Positions 1-12,065 of a stretch of DNA of 64,000 nucleotides are shown piece after piece (the first letter of the stretch is position 1; each line of letters starts with the position of its first letter). Origin of the DNA: Vicugna vicugna (Eukaryota). A program made the translations under genes and the position numbers. The DNA lies in assembly GCA_013265495.1 (NCBI GenBank), contig MU058669.1:124001-188000 (forward strand), read 5' to 3'. The notes beneath the pieces are model-generated. The model had not been told where the DNA came from. It did not search any database and was given only the letters and a program-made list of their open reading frames with translations.

Positions 1-454
1 GAGAAGCAGGGCATCTGGCTCAACGCCACACAACAAAGCAATGGCAGAGGAGGAATTAGGACTAAGCATCCTGAGGCCCAGGATTTGAGGCTCCACAGTG
101 CCCCCTTCAGGCAACCTGAGACCACATGGCCACTTGATTCCTGGGCTGTGGGAAGGGTGCCCAGGCAGCTAGAGTTTGCACTCCTCTGCACACAACCAGA
201 GGGCGGGGAAGCCAAGGAGACAGCCCATAGACTGCCTGCACCTTCGCCCCGGAGCACAGCCTCCACCCTCTAAATCCTGTCATTAAAGGCAAATGTAATC
301 CATATGGTTCTGATTCATTTACACTTAAATCTTCAAAATACTGGGTTCTAAGAGCTGTTACTTACAAAGCCTTCAGAACCTGTCAAAATTAAGATTCAAC
401 TCTTCCACTCCCCTTTCCCCATGTGGACTGGAGCTCACACCAGCATCTGGCTGG

Positions 455-860
455 GCTGAAAAGAAACTCACACGTTCAGACTCGGAAACTTGTATGTGGA
501 TACAGGAGACAGTTTTCAGGACATTCAGAGCAGCATTGTGTGCAATCCCCAAAGTTGAAAACAATGTACATATCGATAATAAGAGATGGATGAATAAATT
601 GTGGCAAATTCATACAATGTGATCAGAGGAACCTCACAAACATATTATTGAGGGAAAACAAAACAAGTTGCAGATGAATCCATAATATGATACCAATTAT
701 GCAAAACTTAAAAACACTGAAAATCATTATATGCAAATATATAAGCTACCTTGGAAAAATTTCTCTTTTAGCCTGGTAGTATGTACATGGATGCTTGTCC
801 TATCATGCATACATTTTTGTATAATTTTGAAAAGCTATGTAATAAAAATTTCAAAAAACC
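455..860 (+). mobile_element. Old L1M (L1ME/MC-like) 3' fragment
   Basis: gcagcattgtgtgcaat...gatgaataaattgtggcaaattcatacaatg, typical of L1 3' ends. Confidence 0.65.
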
Positions 861-1574
861 CTAGACTTAGCATGTCAAAGAAAGTTATATGTTGAGTTCA
901 ATTCCCTTATTTCTCAGAGGGGGAGAAGGAAAGCCTTTAGTATTTGTTAATTACATAACATTTACTGAATACTTACTTGCCAAGCACGCCTTTTTTTCAT
1001 TTAAATTCCACACCACTGCATTGGAGGATATGCTATTACCATTTTCATTTCACAGATAAGGCACGGGAGATTCAGAAACTTCCACAACATCATGCAGCTT
1101 GCAAACCACACGGTTGGAATACAAGTCACAGACTTGAGGCTCCCAAGCTCACACAACAGCTCATGTGTTGCTGACACCAGCACCGTTGTTTGGACTTCCC
1201 CCACAATTCTCTGAGTTAGGTTTTATTATCACCAGTTTTATAGATGAGGAAACTGAGGCCCTGAGTGGTCAAGTGATTTGCTAATGGGTGCTCAGGGAGT
1301 TATTCCACAGAGACCAGGACTCCTTCTATACCAGGCCTTGTCTGGAAGATCTGGGGTGGGGGAGTACAACCATGTTTACTCTTACCTTCCACTGTTTTGA
1401 AGCTCTAGGCTGTTTGGTTACTTCCAAGGGCCTCATTCAAAGCCCTCAATGTCACCTTGGCCAGGTTTGGGGCACAGAGTTGTATAGAAGGGGAGGACCC
1501 GGTGAACCTTGAAGGTCTTGCAGCCAAAGGAGCCATCCTCAACTCCACTTTTCATTCAGGACAGCATCTAACCT

Positions 1575-2085
1575 ATCAGTCCAGGTGCCTGCAGGAAACA
1601 AGTGGCACATTCAAACTGGGTGATGGGAGGAGAGTTTAATAAAAGGACTATCCACAAATTTATGAGCAGAGCTTAGAAAAAGCAACCAATTAACAGTGTA
1701 GGACTCTGGGGCTGGCAAGGGCAGGGATCTGTCACCACCCAGGTCTGATGGGTGGAGGGAGGAGCCACTACCCACCCGAGAGGGGCAGCTAGTGCTGAGT
1801 GGGCTGCCTGATGAGAGCTGTGCCCTTGGTGGAGGGCTCAGCCAAACCTGCAAGAAGGAGGTCGAGGAAATATACCCCACTCTCACACTCCTCCTTCCCT
1901 CAGATCCCTTGCCAGGATTCCTTTTGACCAGACTTCTTTTGGTGCAACCCAACAGGAAACTGGGTAAAGAAGACTCTTGATGGAGGTCATACAGCTCAGC
2001 CTCTTGGGGCACAGAGCAGGGTGGGGAGAGCCAGAGACTGAATCCAGAGGGGCAGGCGGAAGACACCCACCTCAAGGCACAGAAT
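1575..2085 (-). mobile_element. ERVL LTR (LTR33-like)
   Basis: gcaggaaacaagtggcacattcaaactggg...gagtttaataaaaggactat resembles the LTR33 reverse strand. Confidence 0.55.
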
Positions 2086-2089
2086 ACAC

Positions 2090-2640
2090 TGGCTTTCCTT
2101 CAGATGTACTCAGGCTCTGACCATTTCTTACCACCTCCATGGCTAGCATCATCCCCCCATCACCCGAGACCTCATCTCCCTGTGTTTCTCCAGTACTCAC
2201 TCTGCTCCAGCCACACTGACCTCCTTTCTCTTCTTTGATATACCAGGGAAGTTCCTGCTTTAGGGCCTTTGTTGATCCCTCTGCCTGGACTGTTCTTCCC
2301 CCCTCCATCCTTCACCTCCGTCAGGTCTGCTTAAGTGTCTCTTGCTCCGTGAGACCTACTCTGACCCTCTTTTGTAAAACTGCCAACTGTCTCCCCATCT
2401 CTCGCCCACTACTCCTGATCGCCATAACCACACTCTAGTTTTCTTTCCCCCATATTACTTGTCATCTTTCAACACACCATGTAATTCACTTATTTGTTGT
2501 ATATTTATGACCTGCGTCTCCCCACTAGAATGCAAGCGCTGTGAGCAGAAGGCTCTGTTTTGTTCATCAGTGTACCTCCAGGACTTGGAGTTTTAATAGG
2601 TATCCAACACACAGTGGTCGAATGTTGTCTAATGACTGAA
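2090..2640 (+). mobile_element. L2 3' fragment
   Basis: ctctgctccagccacactgacctcc...cccactagaatgcaagc...ttttgttcatc L2 motifs. Confidence 0.75.
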
Positions 2641-3124
2641 ATGGGGTTGCAGAAAGATTAGGCTTGTAATTTTCCAATTAGAAAAGGGTAGAGGATGGGT
2701 TGAGACAGTGAGAAGATTAATAGGTCCTACATGAGGAGATGGGGGAAAAAGTCAACAAGGAATTATTCATTATCTACTGTATTTCTGTTCAAAGTTTGAT
2801 CTTAGCAACAGATGTCAAAGGCCTGGACATTCTGTGTGCCCTTTGACCTAGCAATTCCACTTTCAAGAGTTTGTACAAGGAAACAGTCATCTTTCATAGT
2901 CACTATGAAATTCTTAGTAGTATTGTTCACAATAATGAAAAATTGGAACCAAAGTAGCCATCTGACAATTGTGGAATGCTTAACTACGGTACAGCCATAG
3001 GTGGAACAGTATGCAAACCTAAGTGCATTAATCAATTTGAAAATATATTTATGATAGTCACTTGGTGAAAAAAGCACATGATAAAAGAGCATTACACTGT
3101 AATTTTGTCTATTATTGAAACATA

Positions 3125-3340
3125 CAGTTCTCCCTTAAATAACACAGGTTTGAGCTGCGCAGGTCCACTTAGATGCAGAGTTCTTTTGCTAAATTCATAC
3201 TACAGTACTACACAGTCGTGGTTGCTTGTATCCTCGGATGTGGAACCGTGGGTACTGGAGGGCTAACTGTGAAGTTATATGTGGATTTTTGACTGCATGG
3301 AGGTCAGCACCCCTAACCCCTGCATTCCAAGGGCCAACTG
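3125..3340 (+). mobile_element. Tigger2-derived MITE (MER8/Tigger2a-like) inside an L1ME fragment (~2640-3480)
   Basis: TIRs CAGTTCTCCCTT / AAGGGCCAACTG, preceded by TA; internal gagctgcgcaggtccactt and gcacccctaacccc. Confidence 0.8.
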
Positions 3341-3923
3341 TGTATGCATTTTTCAAAGTCTAGAAAGCTAGAACCCCCGACATTAATGGCACTTATCTCT
3401 GGATGGGCCTATACAGGTATTTTCTTTCTTTTGCTCTATTTCCTAGATTTGCTTTGAGGAAATTAAGTTAATTATTTAAAAAGCTAAGCTTATATTTTTT
3501 AAACAGCAGTTTTTTATGAACTCTTGGACAAATAACTTGACTTCTCTGGGCCACAGTTTCCTCATTTTTGAAATGGGGACAAAAGCAGTTTCAAGTTCTT
3601 CCTATTTGACAAGAGCTGCTTTTAGATATATATGGGAGGAATTGGCCAAAACTATAAGAGAAGAAAAAGAATTAAGAGATGTAAGGGCCGAGAGGGATAA
3701 ATCTAGCACTATTTGCAGTGATTATGTTTATTCACTTAGAAAAATTAAGCTCAACCTACAAAAATCAATAACCAGCTGGAAAATATTTAAAAATACAGTA
3801 CCATTCATCAATGATAACAAAAACTATAAAGTCTCTGGGAAGTAGTTAAGAACAAAGCCAATACTGAAATAAAGCTAGAAAAATATTCAGAAAAAAAAAG
3901 AACAAAGCCAAGATACCCCGCTT

Positions 3924-4393
3924 TGTAACCGAGCAGGACCCTATGGGGCCTTCCAGGGACAGACCCCTCCCTCATATCCTCTGCTTTAGCTTCTCTCTGA
4001 AGCGCCCAGATAACAGTATCTGATGCACATTTCCTGAATTGTTTTACAGATGCTCAAGCCACCACCAAATGGAAGAAATCAACTACTTGACAACCGTAAG
4101 CACATAGCCCCCTATCTACTAGTGCTTAGGATTGAAAATATTAACCCCTGTGACACCACCTTTTTACCCAACCATCGACCAACCAATCAGAGAATTGGGC
4201 TCGAGCTAATCACATACCATGGGATTCCACTCCCTCACCTGGCCTTTAAAAATGCTTTCCTGAAACCCATCTGGGAGTTCAGCTGTTCTGAGCACCTGGA
4301 CTCATTGCGTGGTGCCCTGCAACACTGCACTTTTCTTCACCACCACCCGGTGTTAGTAGATTGGCGAGCGGACCTAACTTTGGTTTGGTAACA
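3924..4393 (+). mobile_element. Solo LTR (ERV1-like) inserted in L1
   Basis: TGTAACC...GGTAACA termini and a CTT(T) duplication; it splits the L1 motif ccccgctt|tcaccatttctattcaacat. CCAAT and TATA-like motifs lie inside. Confidence 0.8.
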
Positions 4394-4730
4394 CTTTCAC
4401 CATTTCTATTCAACATTAAATTACTTTAGCTATTGCACTAAGAAAAGAAAAATTAATAAAGGCATACCTCTTGGAAAAGAAGTAAAACTTTTTTCACAGA
4501 TGATATGATTATGTGTGGGAAAAACATAAGAAATCTACAACAGAAACTATTAAACTCAAAACACAAGGTCAATATTAAATAAATGTTCACTGCGTATTAG
4601 CACAATTAAAAAATTAAGTAAACAAGAGCCATTTATAATAGCTATAAAGCCCATAAAATCCTTATAAATGAATGTACCAAAAGATATGTAAGACTTCTAT
4701 ACTAAAAGTTACAAAACAGTGATAAAAGAA

Positions 4731-4874
4731 GTCTTTGTTATTTTTTGGGGTGGGGGGAGGTAATTAGGTTTATTTATTCATTTGTTTCTTTTTTTTTTTT
4801 AATGGAAGTACTGGGGATTGAACCCAGGACCTTGTGCTAAGCATGCACTCTACCACTGAGCTATACCCTCCCCG
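4731..4874 (-). mobile_element. tRNA-derived SINE, camelid type (Vic-1-like)
   Basis: Minus strand GGGGAGGGTATAGCTCAGTGGTAGAG...GGTTCAATCCCCAG has A and B boxes, followed by an A-rich tail. 20-bp TSD ACAAAA(C/T)AGTGATAAAAGAA at 4711-4730 and 4875-4894. Confidence 0.9.
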
Positions 4875-4897
4875 ACAAAATAGTGATAAAAGAAACC

Positions 4898-4928
<31 letters not shown>

Positions 4929-5461
4929 AAAAAAAGGTAGAGCTATATACCATGTTCATAGATTGGAGAACTCAGTACTGTTGAGGTTATTAATTCTTTC
5001 CAAACTCATGTATAGATTCAACATAATCTCAATCAAAGTTACAGCAGGATTTTTTGTCGCACAAATTAAGTCTAAAATTTATATGGAAATGTAAACAACC
5101 TTGAATATTTAAATCAATCTTGAAAAAGAAGAGTAAAGTTCAAGGACTTATCCTACTTGATTTCAAGACTTACTATAAAGCCACAATAATCAACACAATG
5201 TGGTAATGGCCTGAGAATAGATATGCAGATCAATGAAAACAGAACTGTACTCAGAAATATATATATGGCCAACTGATTTCCAACAAAAGTTCCAAAGTAA
5301 TTCAATGGGGGAAGAAAAGACTTTTCAACAGATTGTGCTGGAACAACTAGCTATCTGTGAGGGAAGCAAATGAATCTCAATCCTTCCCTCATACTCTACC
5401 CCAAAATCAATTCCAGATGAATCGAAGAACTACTTGCAAAAGCTAAAATTATAAAGCCTCT

Positions 5462-5672
5462 AGGGATTTGCAAATGTTAGCCACTATATATATAAAAATA
5501 GATAAAAACCCCAAATATTTTCTGTATGGCACAGGGAACTATATTCAATATCTTGTAATAACCTTTAATGAAAAAGAATATGAAACAAATATATGTATGC
5601 ATATGCATGACTGGGACATTGTGCTGTGCACCAGGAACTGACACATTGTAACTGACTGTACTTCAAAAAAAA
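5462..5672 (+). mobile_element. Young 5'-truncated L1 3' end
   Basis: gcacagggaactatattcaatatcttgtaataacc...gacacattgtaactgactgtacttc plus poly(A); matches the copy at 33246. Confidence 0.85.
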
Positions 5673-5780
5673 CTCTTGGAGAGATCTCAATAGGCAAGAT
5701 GTGTAAGAGACTAAGAAGACAAGCCACAGACTAGGGGAAAATATTTGCAAAAGGGATATCTGGTAAGGAACTATTCTCCA

Positions 5781-7096
5781 CTCTGTTTCTCCAGCCCTAA
5801 GAAGAATGGCTAGGATATATTAAAACGTTTCTTGCGGCTCAGAGCATAATCCAGCAGTGGTTGACGTGGAAACCAAGTCACAGAGAAATTGAGACTTAAA
5901 GATCACACACCTCATGTGTAGTGGAGCCAGACTGTGGACCCTGTGTGACTTCAGAGCTGATGACCAGATGACCCGTTCATCAAACCATGCTGGGGGTGAT
6001 TTCTCAATTACCACTCTATCTTTGCCCCCATTTATTTGATACTTCAGAGAAAACAGTACAGAGATGGCTTTCTCCAACCAGACTTATCTGAACCAGACAA
6101 CCTACTCCTTCCAGGGCAGGAAAGGATACCCAGGACACAGACCTCTTCCCCACAGAGGAGAAAGTACATTCCTGCATACTGCTGCCCTGTCATGGAGCCC
6201 AGGAGTTGCCAAGAACAAACCAACCAGCTGATTCCTCTGGGCCTGGAGTGTCTCAAAATCTTCTGTCCTGCTTGCTCTGCCACATATTAACTACAGATCT
6301 GGGGCAGATTGCAGGGCCCTCAATGGCAATGCCAAAAGTGGACGTGAAGCTGAGGCAGAGTTTTCAAACAAGTAGATACAGGTAACGTTCCATGAACTGG
6401 AAAAGAAGGGGACCCCGTGGAGGTGGCTGATGGGCAGCCGCTCAGCGAGCTCACAGAAGACCTACAGAAGCACTTGCCCCCCTACGCCCCAGAGCCTCTC
6501 AAGACCTCTGGCCTTTGCCTGTCTCCTACACTGAGCCAAGGGAAAGAATCTGAAGCTGGGAGGAGGAAAGATCCTTCTGATGTTCTAGTGGGGCAAGGGA
6601 ATTGAGTTCGCTACAGCAGTGGGAGGTTCATGACTTTTTCAGTGACCAGAACGTCTCCACTCCAGGTGGAGGAAGTTGCTGTGGGTATGCAAGGCTTTAG
6701 CAAACTATTAAAGTGCCTGTTTGTGCCTTTTTCCTTGTCTCCATCACAGTCTAGGAACCAGTACCTTGAAGCCCTGTCCTTGATTAATTAGTAATGTTTT
6801 CTGTGCTATAGTGATCTCCTAGGATGGAGGTGGTCAGAGGGAAGAGAGGGTCAGAGTACTGCTCTTGATTATGAAAACCTACCTATATCCATTTTGTGTA
6901 TCCATGTACAGTTTAAGTCGTCTAAATTGCTCTGTTAATTTCCACACTGTACTTTTGTAGAAAATGATTTTCCAGGAGGCACATAACGTTTTCCTTAAAG
7001 AACTACCTAATTCATGTACATAAAATATATCATGTGTGCACTTACAGGTGTACATGTCATACTTAAAAATACATCATTCTGAAGTTTTGAGGAAAA
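5781..7096 (+). pseudogene. Probable retroposed (processed or transduced) sequence of unknown origin, inserted in an L1
   Basis: L1 sequence stops at ACTATTCTCCA (5770-5780) and resumes at ACTATTATCCA (7102-7112). The insert is mostly non-repetitive, with an AT-rich 3'UTR-like end and a short A-rich junction. Strand is tentative. Confidence 0.55.
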
Positions 7097-9660
7097 GAAT
7101 GACTATTATCCAAAATGTGCAAAGAACTCTTAAAACTCAACAATAAGGAAGTGAACAACCTGATCAAAGAATGGGCCACAGACCGGAACAGACATTTCAC
7201 CAAAGAAGACATACAGATGGCAAATAAGCAAATGAAAAAATGCTCACCATCACATGTCAGTAGGGAATTGGACACTAAAGTAACAATGAGATACCACTCC
7301 ACATCTGTTAGAACAGCCAAATTCTGAAACACTGACAACATCAAATGCTGGCAAGTTTGTGAAGCCACAGGAAATTTCATGCATTGCTGGTGGGAATGCA
7401 AAATGGTACAACCACTTTGGAAGACAGTTTGGCAGTTTCCTATAAAACTAAACACGCTCTTAGCATATGACCCAACAATTGTTCTCCTTGGTATTTACTC
7501 AAGCAAGCCAAAAACTTATGTCCTCACACAAACCTGCACATGGGTGTTTATAGCAGCTTTATCCATAACGGCCAAAACTTGGAAGCAGATAAAACGTCCT
7601 TCAGTAGGCGAATGGATAAATAAACGGTGGTACACCCAGACAATGGAATTAGTGCTGAAAAGAAATGAGCTATCAAGCCATGAAAAGACATGGAAGAAAC
7701 CTAAATGCATATTACTCAGTGAAAGAAGCAAGTCTGGAAAGGCTACATACTGTGTGACTCCAACTGCATGACATTCTAGAAAAGGCAAAACTATGGAAAC
7801 TGTAAAAAGCTCAGTGATTGTCAGGGGCTGGGGGAAGGAGGGATGAATACGCAGAGTACAGAGGATTTTTAGAGTGGTGAAACTATTCTGTATGAAACTA
7901 CAGTGGTGAGTGTACGTCATTGTACATTTGTCTAAATCAATAGAATATACAACCATCAGAGTAAAAGCCCTAATGTAAACTAGGTGATGGTCATTCATGT
8001 GTCACTGCAGGTGCACCAATGGTAACAAATGTACTTTTCTGGTAGGAGAGGTTGACAGTGGGGAGGCGGTGCCTGTGTGAGGGGCCGGGGTACAGGGGAA
8101 CTCTCTGTACTTTTCTGCTCAACTTTGCTGTGAGCCTAAAACTGCTCTTTAAAAATAGTCTACTAAAAATCAATAAATTAGACTTCCTCAAAAATATAAA
8201 ATTCTGCTCATCAAAAGACACCATTAATAAATGAAAAGATGAGCCACAGATGGGAGAAAATATTTTCAATATATAAATCTGACAAAGGACTTGCATCCAG
8301 AGCATATATATAGAATACCTACAACTCAACAATAAAAGACCATCCAATTTAAAACAGACAGGGCAAAAAACTTGAACAGACACTGCAAAAGAGATATACA
8401 AACGGCCAAGAAGCACGTGAAAAAGTGTTCAACATCATTAGACATAAGGGAAAAGTAAATTAAAGCTAACACGAGATACTACCTACAAGAATGGCTAGAG
8501 TTAAAAACAGACAATATCAAGTGTTGGTGAGGATGTGCAGTTCTCTTAAGTTTTCTGGTTAGAGTGTAAAATGGCAAAACCACTTTGGAAAACTTTGGTA
8601 GTTTCTCTTGAAGGTAAAATACACCCACTCTATGACCTAGCAGTTCTATTTCTAGGAATGAAATATGTATATATTTGTATGTAAATACAAACTTATAAAT
8701 TCATATGTATTTCTACGTATACACATAGGTACATAAATACATATATACATACATACAAAAGACTCATACATGAATGTTTTTAGTAGTTTTATTTATAATA
8801 GCCAAAAGCTGGAAACATCTCTCATGTCTATGACTAGGTGAATGGATAGACCATTTCTTAACAATGTTATACTATTCAGCAATAAAAAAGAACAAATTAT
8901 TGATACATGCACTGACATAAACAAATCTAAAAAACATTGAGTGAGAGAAGCCAGCCATAAAAGTACATGTGTGATTCTATTTATATGAAGTTCTGAAATA
9001 GGAGAAGTTAACCTCTGGTGAGGAACATTAAAACAGTATCTGCCTTTTGCGGGGACTGGTGGCCAGTGGCCAGAGGGGACTTTCTAGGGTGATGAAATGT
9101 TTTATACCTTTATTGTGATCCTGTTACATGAGTGCACACTCTTGTTCAGACTCACTCAACTATGCATTTAAACTCTGAGCATTTTTTGTGTGTACATTAT
9201 AATGCAATGAAACTTATGTAAAGCTAAAAAGCACTCAACATAAGGAAAAAGGATCTAAATACTCCAGAATTAAAGATTTTAAAATGGAGAATAATATAGA
9301 TGTGCTAAAGAGATGACAGATTGGAGGAAGATAATTTGCACTGTCAAAACCTAGCAAGAAAAAAAAGGAACTCTTGACAATTGACAAGAAAATGGCCCTT
9401 CATAGAAAATTGGCCCAGGGTATGAGTTAGCAATTTATAGTTCTTAGTCATTAGCAATTCATCTATATTATCTGACCATTCTATCCCTTGCTATAGACCC
9501 TAATGAAGTTTTCACACAGGTCCATAAAAGACATGTTCCACTATGTTCAAGTTAGCATTGTTTGTGGGGCAGAGTTGAAGGCAATCTGGGGTCCATCAGT
9601 TTGATGGTGAGTTATATTAACTTTACCTTCTGGACCTAAAGTCTCACAAATATGCATGTG

Positions 9661-9684
9661 CACACACACACACACACACACACA
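9661..9684. repeat. (CA)12 microsatellite
   Basis: Direct reading. Confidence 0.95.
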
Positions 9685-9689
9685 CGTTG

Positions 9690-9890
9690 ATTGAGGACAT
9701 ACTATATTCTAGTTACTGTGTGTGTTACATAAATTAACTCATTTAGCCTTCATAATAAGGAAGAACTATTGTCATCACTACCCATTTTATGGATGGGGAA
9801 ACCAAGGCACAGAGAAGTTAGGTAAGGTTCTGAAGGACACACAGCTTGTCACTTGCAGAACCAAGATTCCAACCAAACAAGCCTAAAGCC
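9690..9890 (-). mobile_element. MIR SINE
   Basis: cccattttatggatggggaaaccaaggcacagagaagtta MIR core. Confidence 0.8.
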
Positions 9891-11936
9891 CACACTGCCA
9901 AATGCTCGCTCTGCCTCTCAACGCTTCCTCTGTGTGATTGCAGAAGAAGACACTCGGCATTTGAAGCTTAAGGCCCAGGGCTGTCCACCAACTCACACAA
10001 AAACCCCTGTAAAAAAGGTTAACCCAGATCAAGCAGGGTCTGTGCCTTCAGCCCAAATAAACACCCCACCAGCCTTTCCTCAAATTCAGCCGTCGCAGGG
10101 AGGGAGCCAGGTGGGAGCCCATGTGGTTTTGATAGAACATCCATTCAAGCGGAGCTTTAAATATTATAGTGGCACTGTTTGCGCGGTTAAATTTAAGGAT
10201 CTGTCAGTTTATGATGAATTTTTATTTTTAAGGGTTTCAAGTAAGCTGTAAACATTCACTCCAGACTGAAATTCCCCTCATTTAACACCTGGGAAGGGGC
10301 AAGGCGGGAGAGGGGGGGTGGGAGGGTGGGGGAGTGGCTGGGAGGTGAGCGGGGAAGTGGTGAGGAGAGGCTGGGCACTGGCGCGGTGACCGGTGATGGG
10401 GGAGACCCTCCCCACCAATATTTCTGGGGGGGGTGTGAGGGGCTGCGCGCCCCACAATGAGAGAGGCTGGCTGCCACCCCAAAGGAAGCAGGGCCACTCT
10501 CTTTGCAACCCAATTTAGCTTTCCTTTCTGCTTTCCCAGCAAAGGGGGACTGTAATGAGCATTTGAAGAACAACAATCCTTTGGGAGCTCTGGGCAATCT
10601 GCCGCTGGAGGAAGGAAGGAAGTCGGCACAGTTTGCATGCTATGGACCTAATTTTTTAAAATGCATATATGTAGAAAATTTTACAGAAAATCTTTGTTTT
10701 GCATTTTTGGATTTTTAAAAAGTGTTGTTGAATAGTAAATATTCATGGCTTTTGTAATCACCAAAAAGTTGTCGCTCAGCAAAAAACAAACTACAGTGAA
10801 CCACGTGCTACCAGGGATTGTGACCCTCTTCTGTGTTTCCCCCCATGCCAGGCCCCAGGCACCCCCTCTTGGCCTGCTATCCTATTTAATCTTCATCCGA
10901 CCCTCTGCGGAGGTTACTATTTTTAATCCCCATTTTATAAACAAGGAAACTGAAGTTTAGGGAGGTGAAGTAACTTGCCCAGTGTTACACAGCTAGGAAT
11001 TGGTGTTGCTGAATCATAGGGAAATCTTGTTGAAGACATTTTAAAACAGCAATTCAGCTCCACGCATGAGGGAGCATCTCATTCTCATCATTAGAGGCAT
11101 TTAGGGGATCCTCTGCAAGCGATGGGAAAGCAAACCTGGGGCTCTTGGTCTCCTCCCGAGTGCTGCAGCCCACGGAGGAACCCTCTCTCCCCGTTGCTGT
11201 CCATGCCCCGCTTCCTCTCCCGCGGTTCCATCTGCCCAGAAACTATTTGGCCTCCTCCTTCTCTCAGAGACAGACGAGGGAGGCTAAATGACACAGAAAA
11301 GAGTCGCTTCATGTGAGTCCTCTGACAGTGGGGGCCAAAATTTCACACCAAAGTGTGTGTGCCTGTGGGGCAGAGGTGATTGGGACTCTACCTTGGAAAA
11401 TGAAACAAGACACTGCAGAAATATGGTTAATCGGATTCTTAGTAATTGCGACTATGTGCTAACTCTTAGCGTGAACCAAGAAATCAAGGGCTGCTTGTTT
11501 CCTGTTTGGCGGCACATTTTTTCCTAATCAAATCATAGGAGACAATACCTTTCACTTTGCTTCGTCTCAGCATGGTTTACCAAGAAAATCATTACAGCGG
11601 AAATAGTCAAGGGTTTTATCAGAGGGTTTCTGGTAATCTTTTAATAGTCAAACTGTTCTCTGTTGAAACCCCCTTTGGCCATTTCCTCTTTTACCATGTT
11701 AACTGGCTTAACTCTGCTGTGTCTGTTTGTCCACAACATCGCAAGGATTTGAGCAGTTTATGACCATTATTTTCACTGATTTTGTGAAATACATGTATAT
11801 CCATATATATATATTTACAATATTTGCAGTTTCACTCAGTGATCAATTTTGTGTCTTTATAATGATCAGGAAGAAACAGTTGATACAATGGGCAGAGACA
11901 GAAATCTGTATTAAAGAGGGATGTTGGGAAAGGTGA

Positions 11937-12065
11937 CTTTTATTTTATTTTCTTATTTGGGGGGTGGTAATTAGGTTTGTTTGTTTAATAGAGGTACTGG
12001 AGATTGAACCCAGGATCTCATGCATGTTAAACACACACTGTACCACTGAGCTATACCCTCTCCCC
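11937..12065 (-). mobile_element. tRNA-derived SINE, camelid type
   Basis: gattgaacccagg...accactgagctataccctctcccc with the same taattaggttt tail as 4731-4874; no clear TSD. Confidence 0.85.

Larger units (their letters stand above)
3640..9230 (+). mobile_element. Fragmented old L1M (ORF2 3' part and 3'UTR) with nested L1MB-like element (~5700-8170) and other inserts
   Basis: Decayed ORF2 peptides ([29 protein letters not shown]) and two successive L1 3' ends. Confidence 0.85.

Noticed and set aside
4805..4874. tRNA gene
   Set aside because: The tRNA-like head is followed by an A-rich tail and flanked by a TSD, with paralogues in the window, so it is a SINE.
6260..6320. RanBP2-type zinc finger in the 1.3-kb insert
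   Set aside because: Only one CxxC; completing the motif needs a frameshift and the final Cys is missing, too weak to name a parent gene.
7063..8416. 130-160 aa ORFs on both strands
   Set aside because: Decayed L1 ORF2/3'UTR sequence, not host genes; the same applies to 19990-20433, 39722-40239 and 50530-51006.
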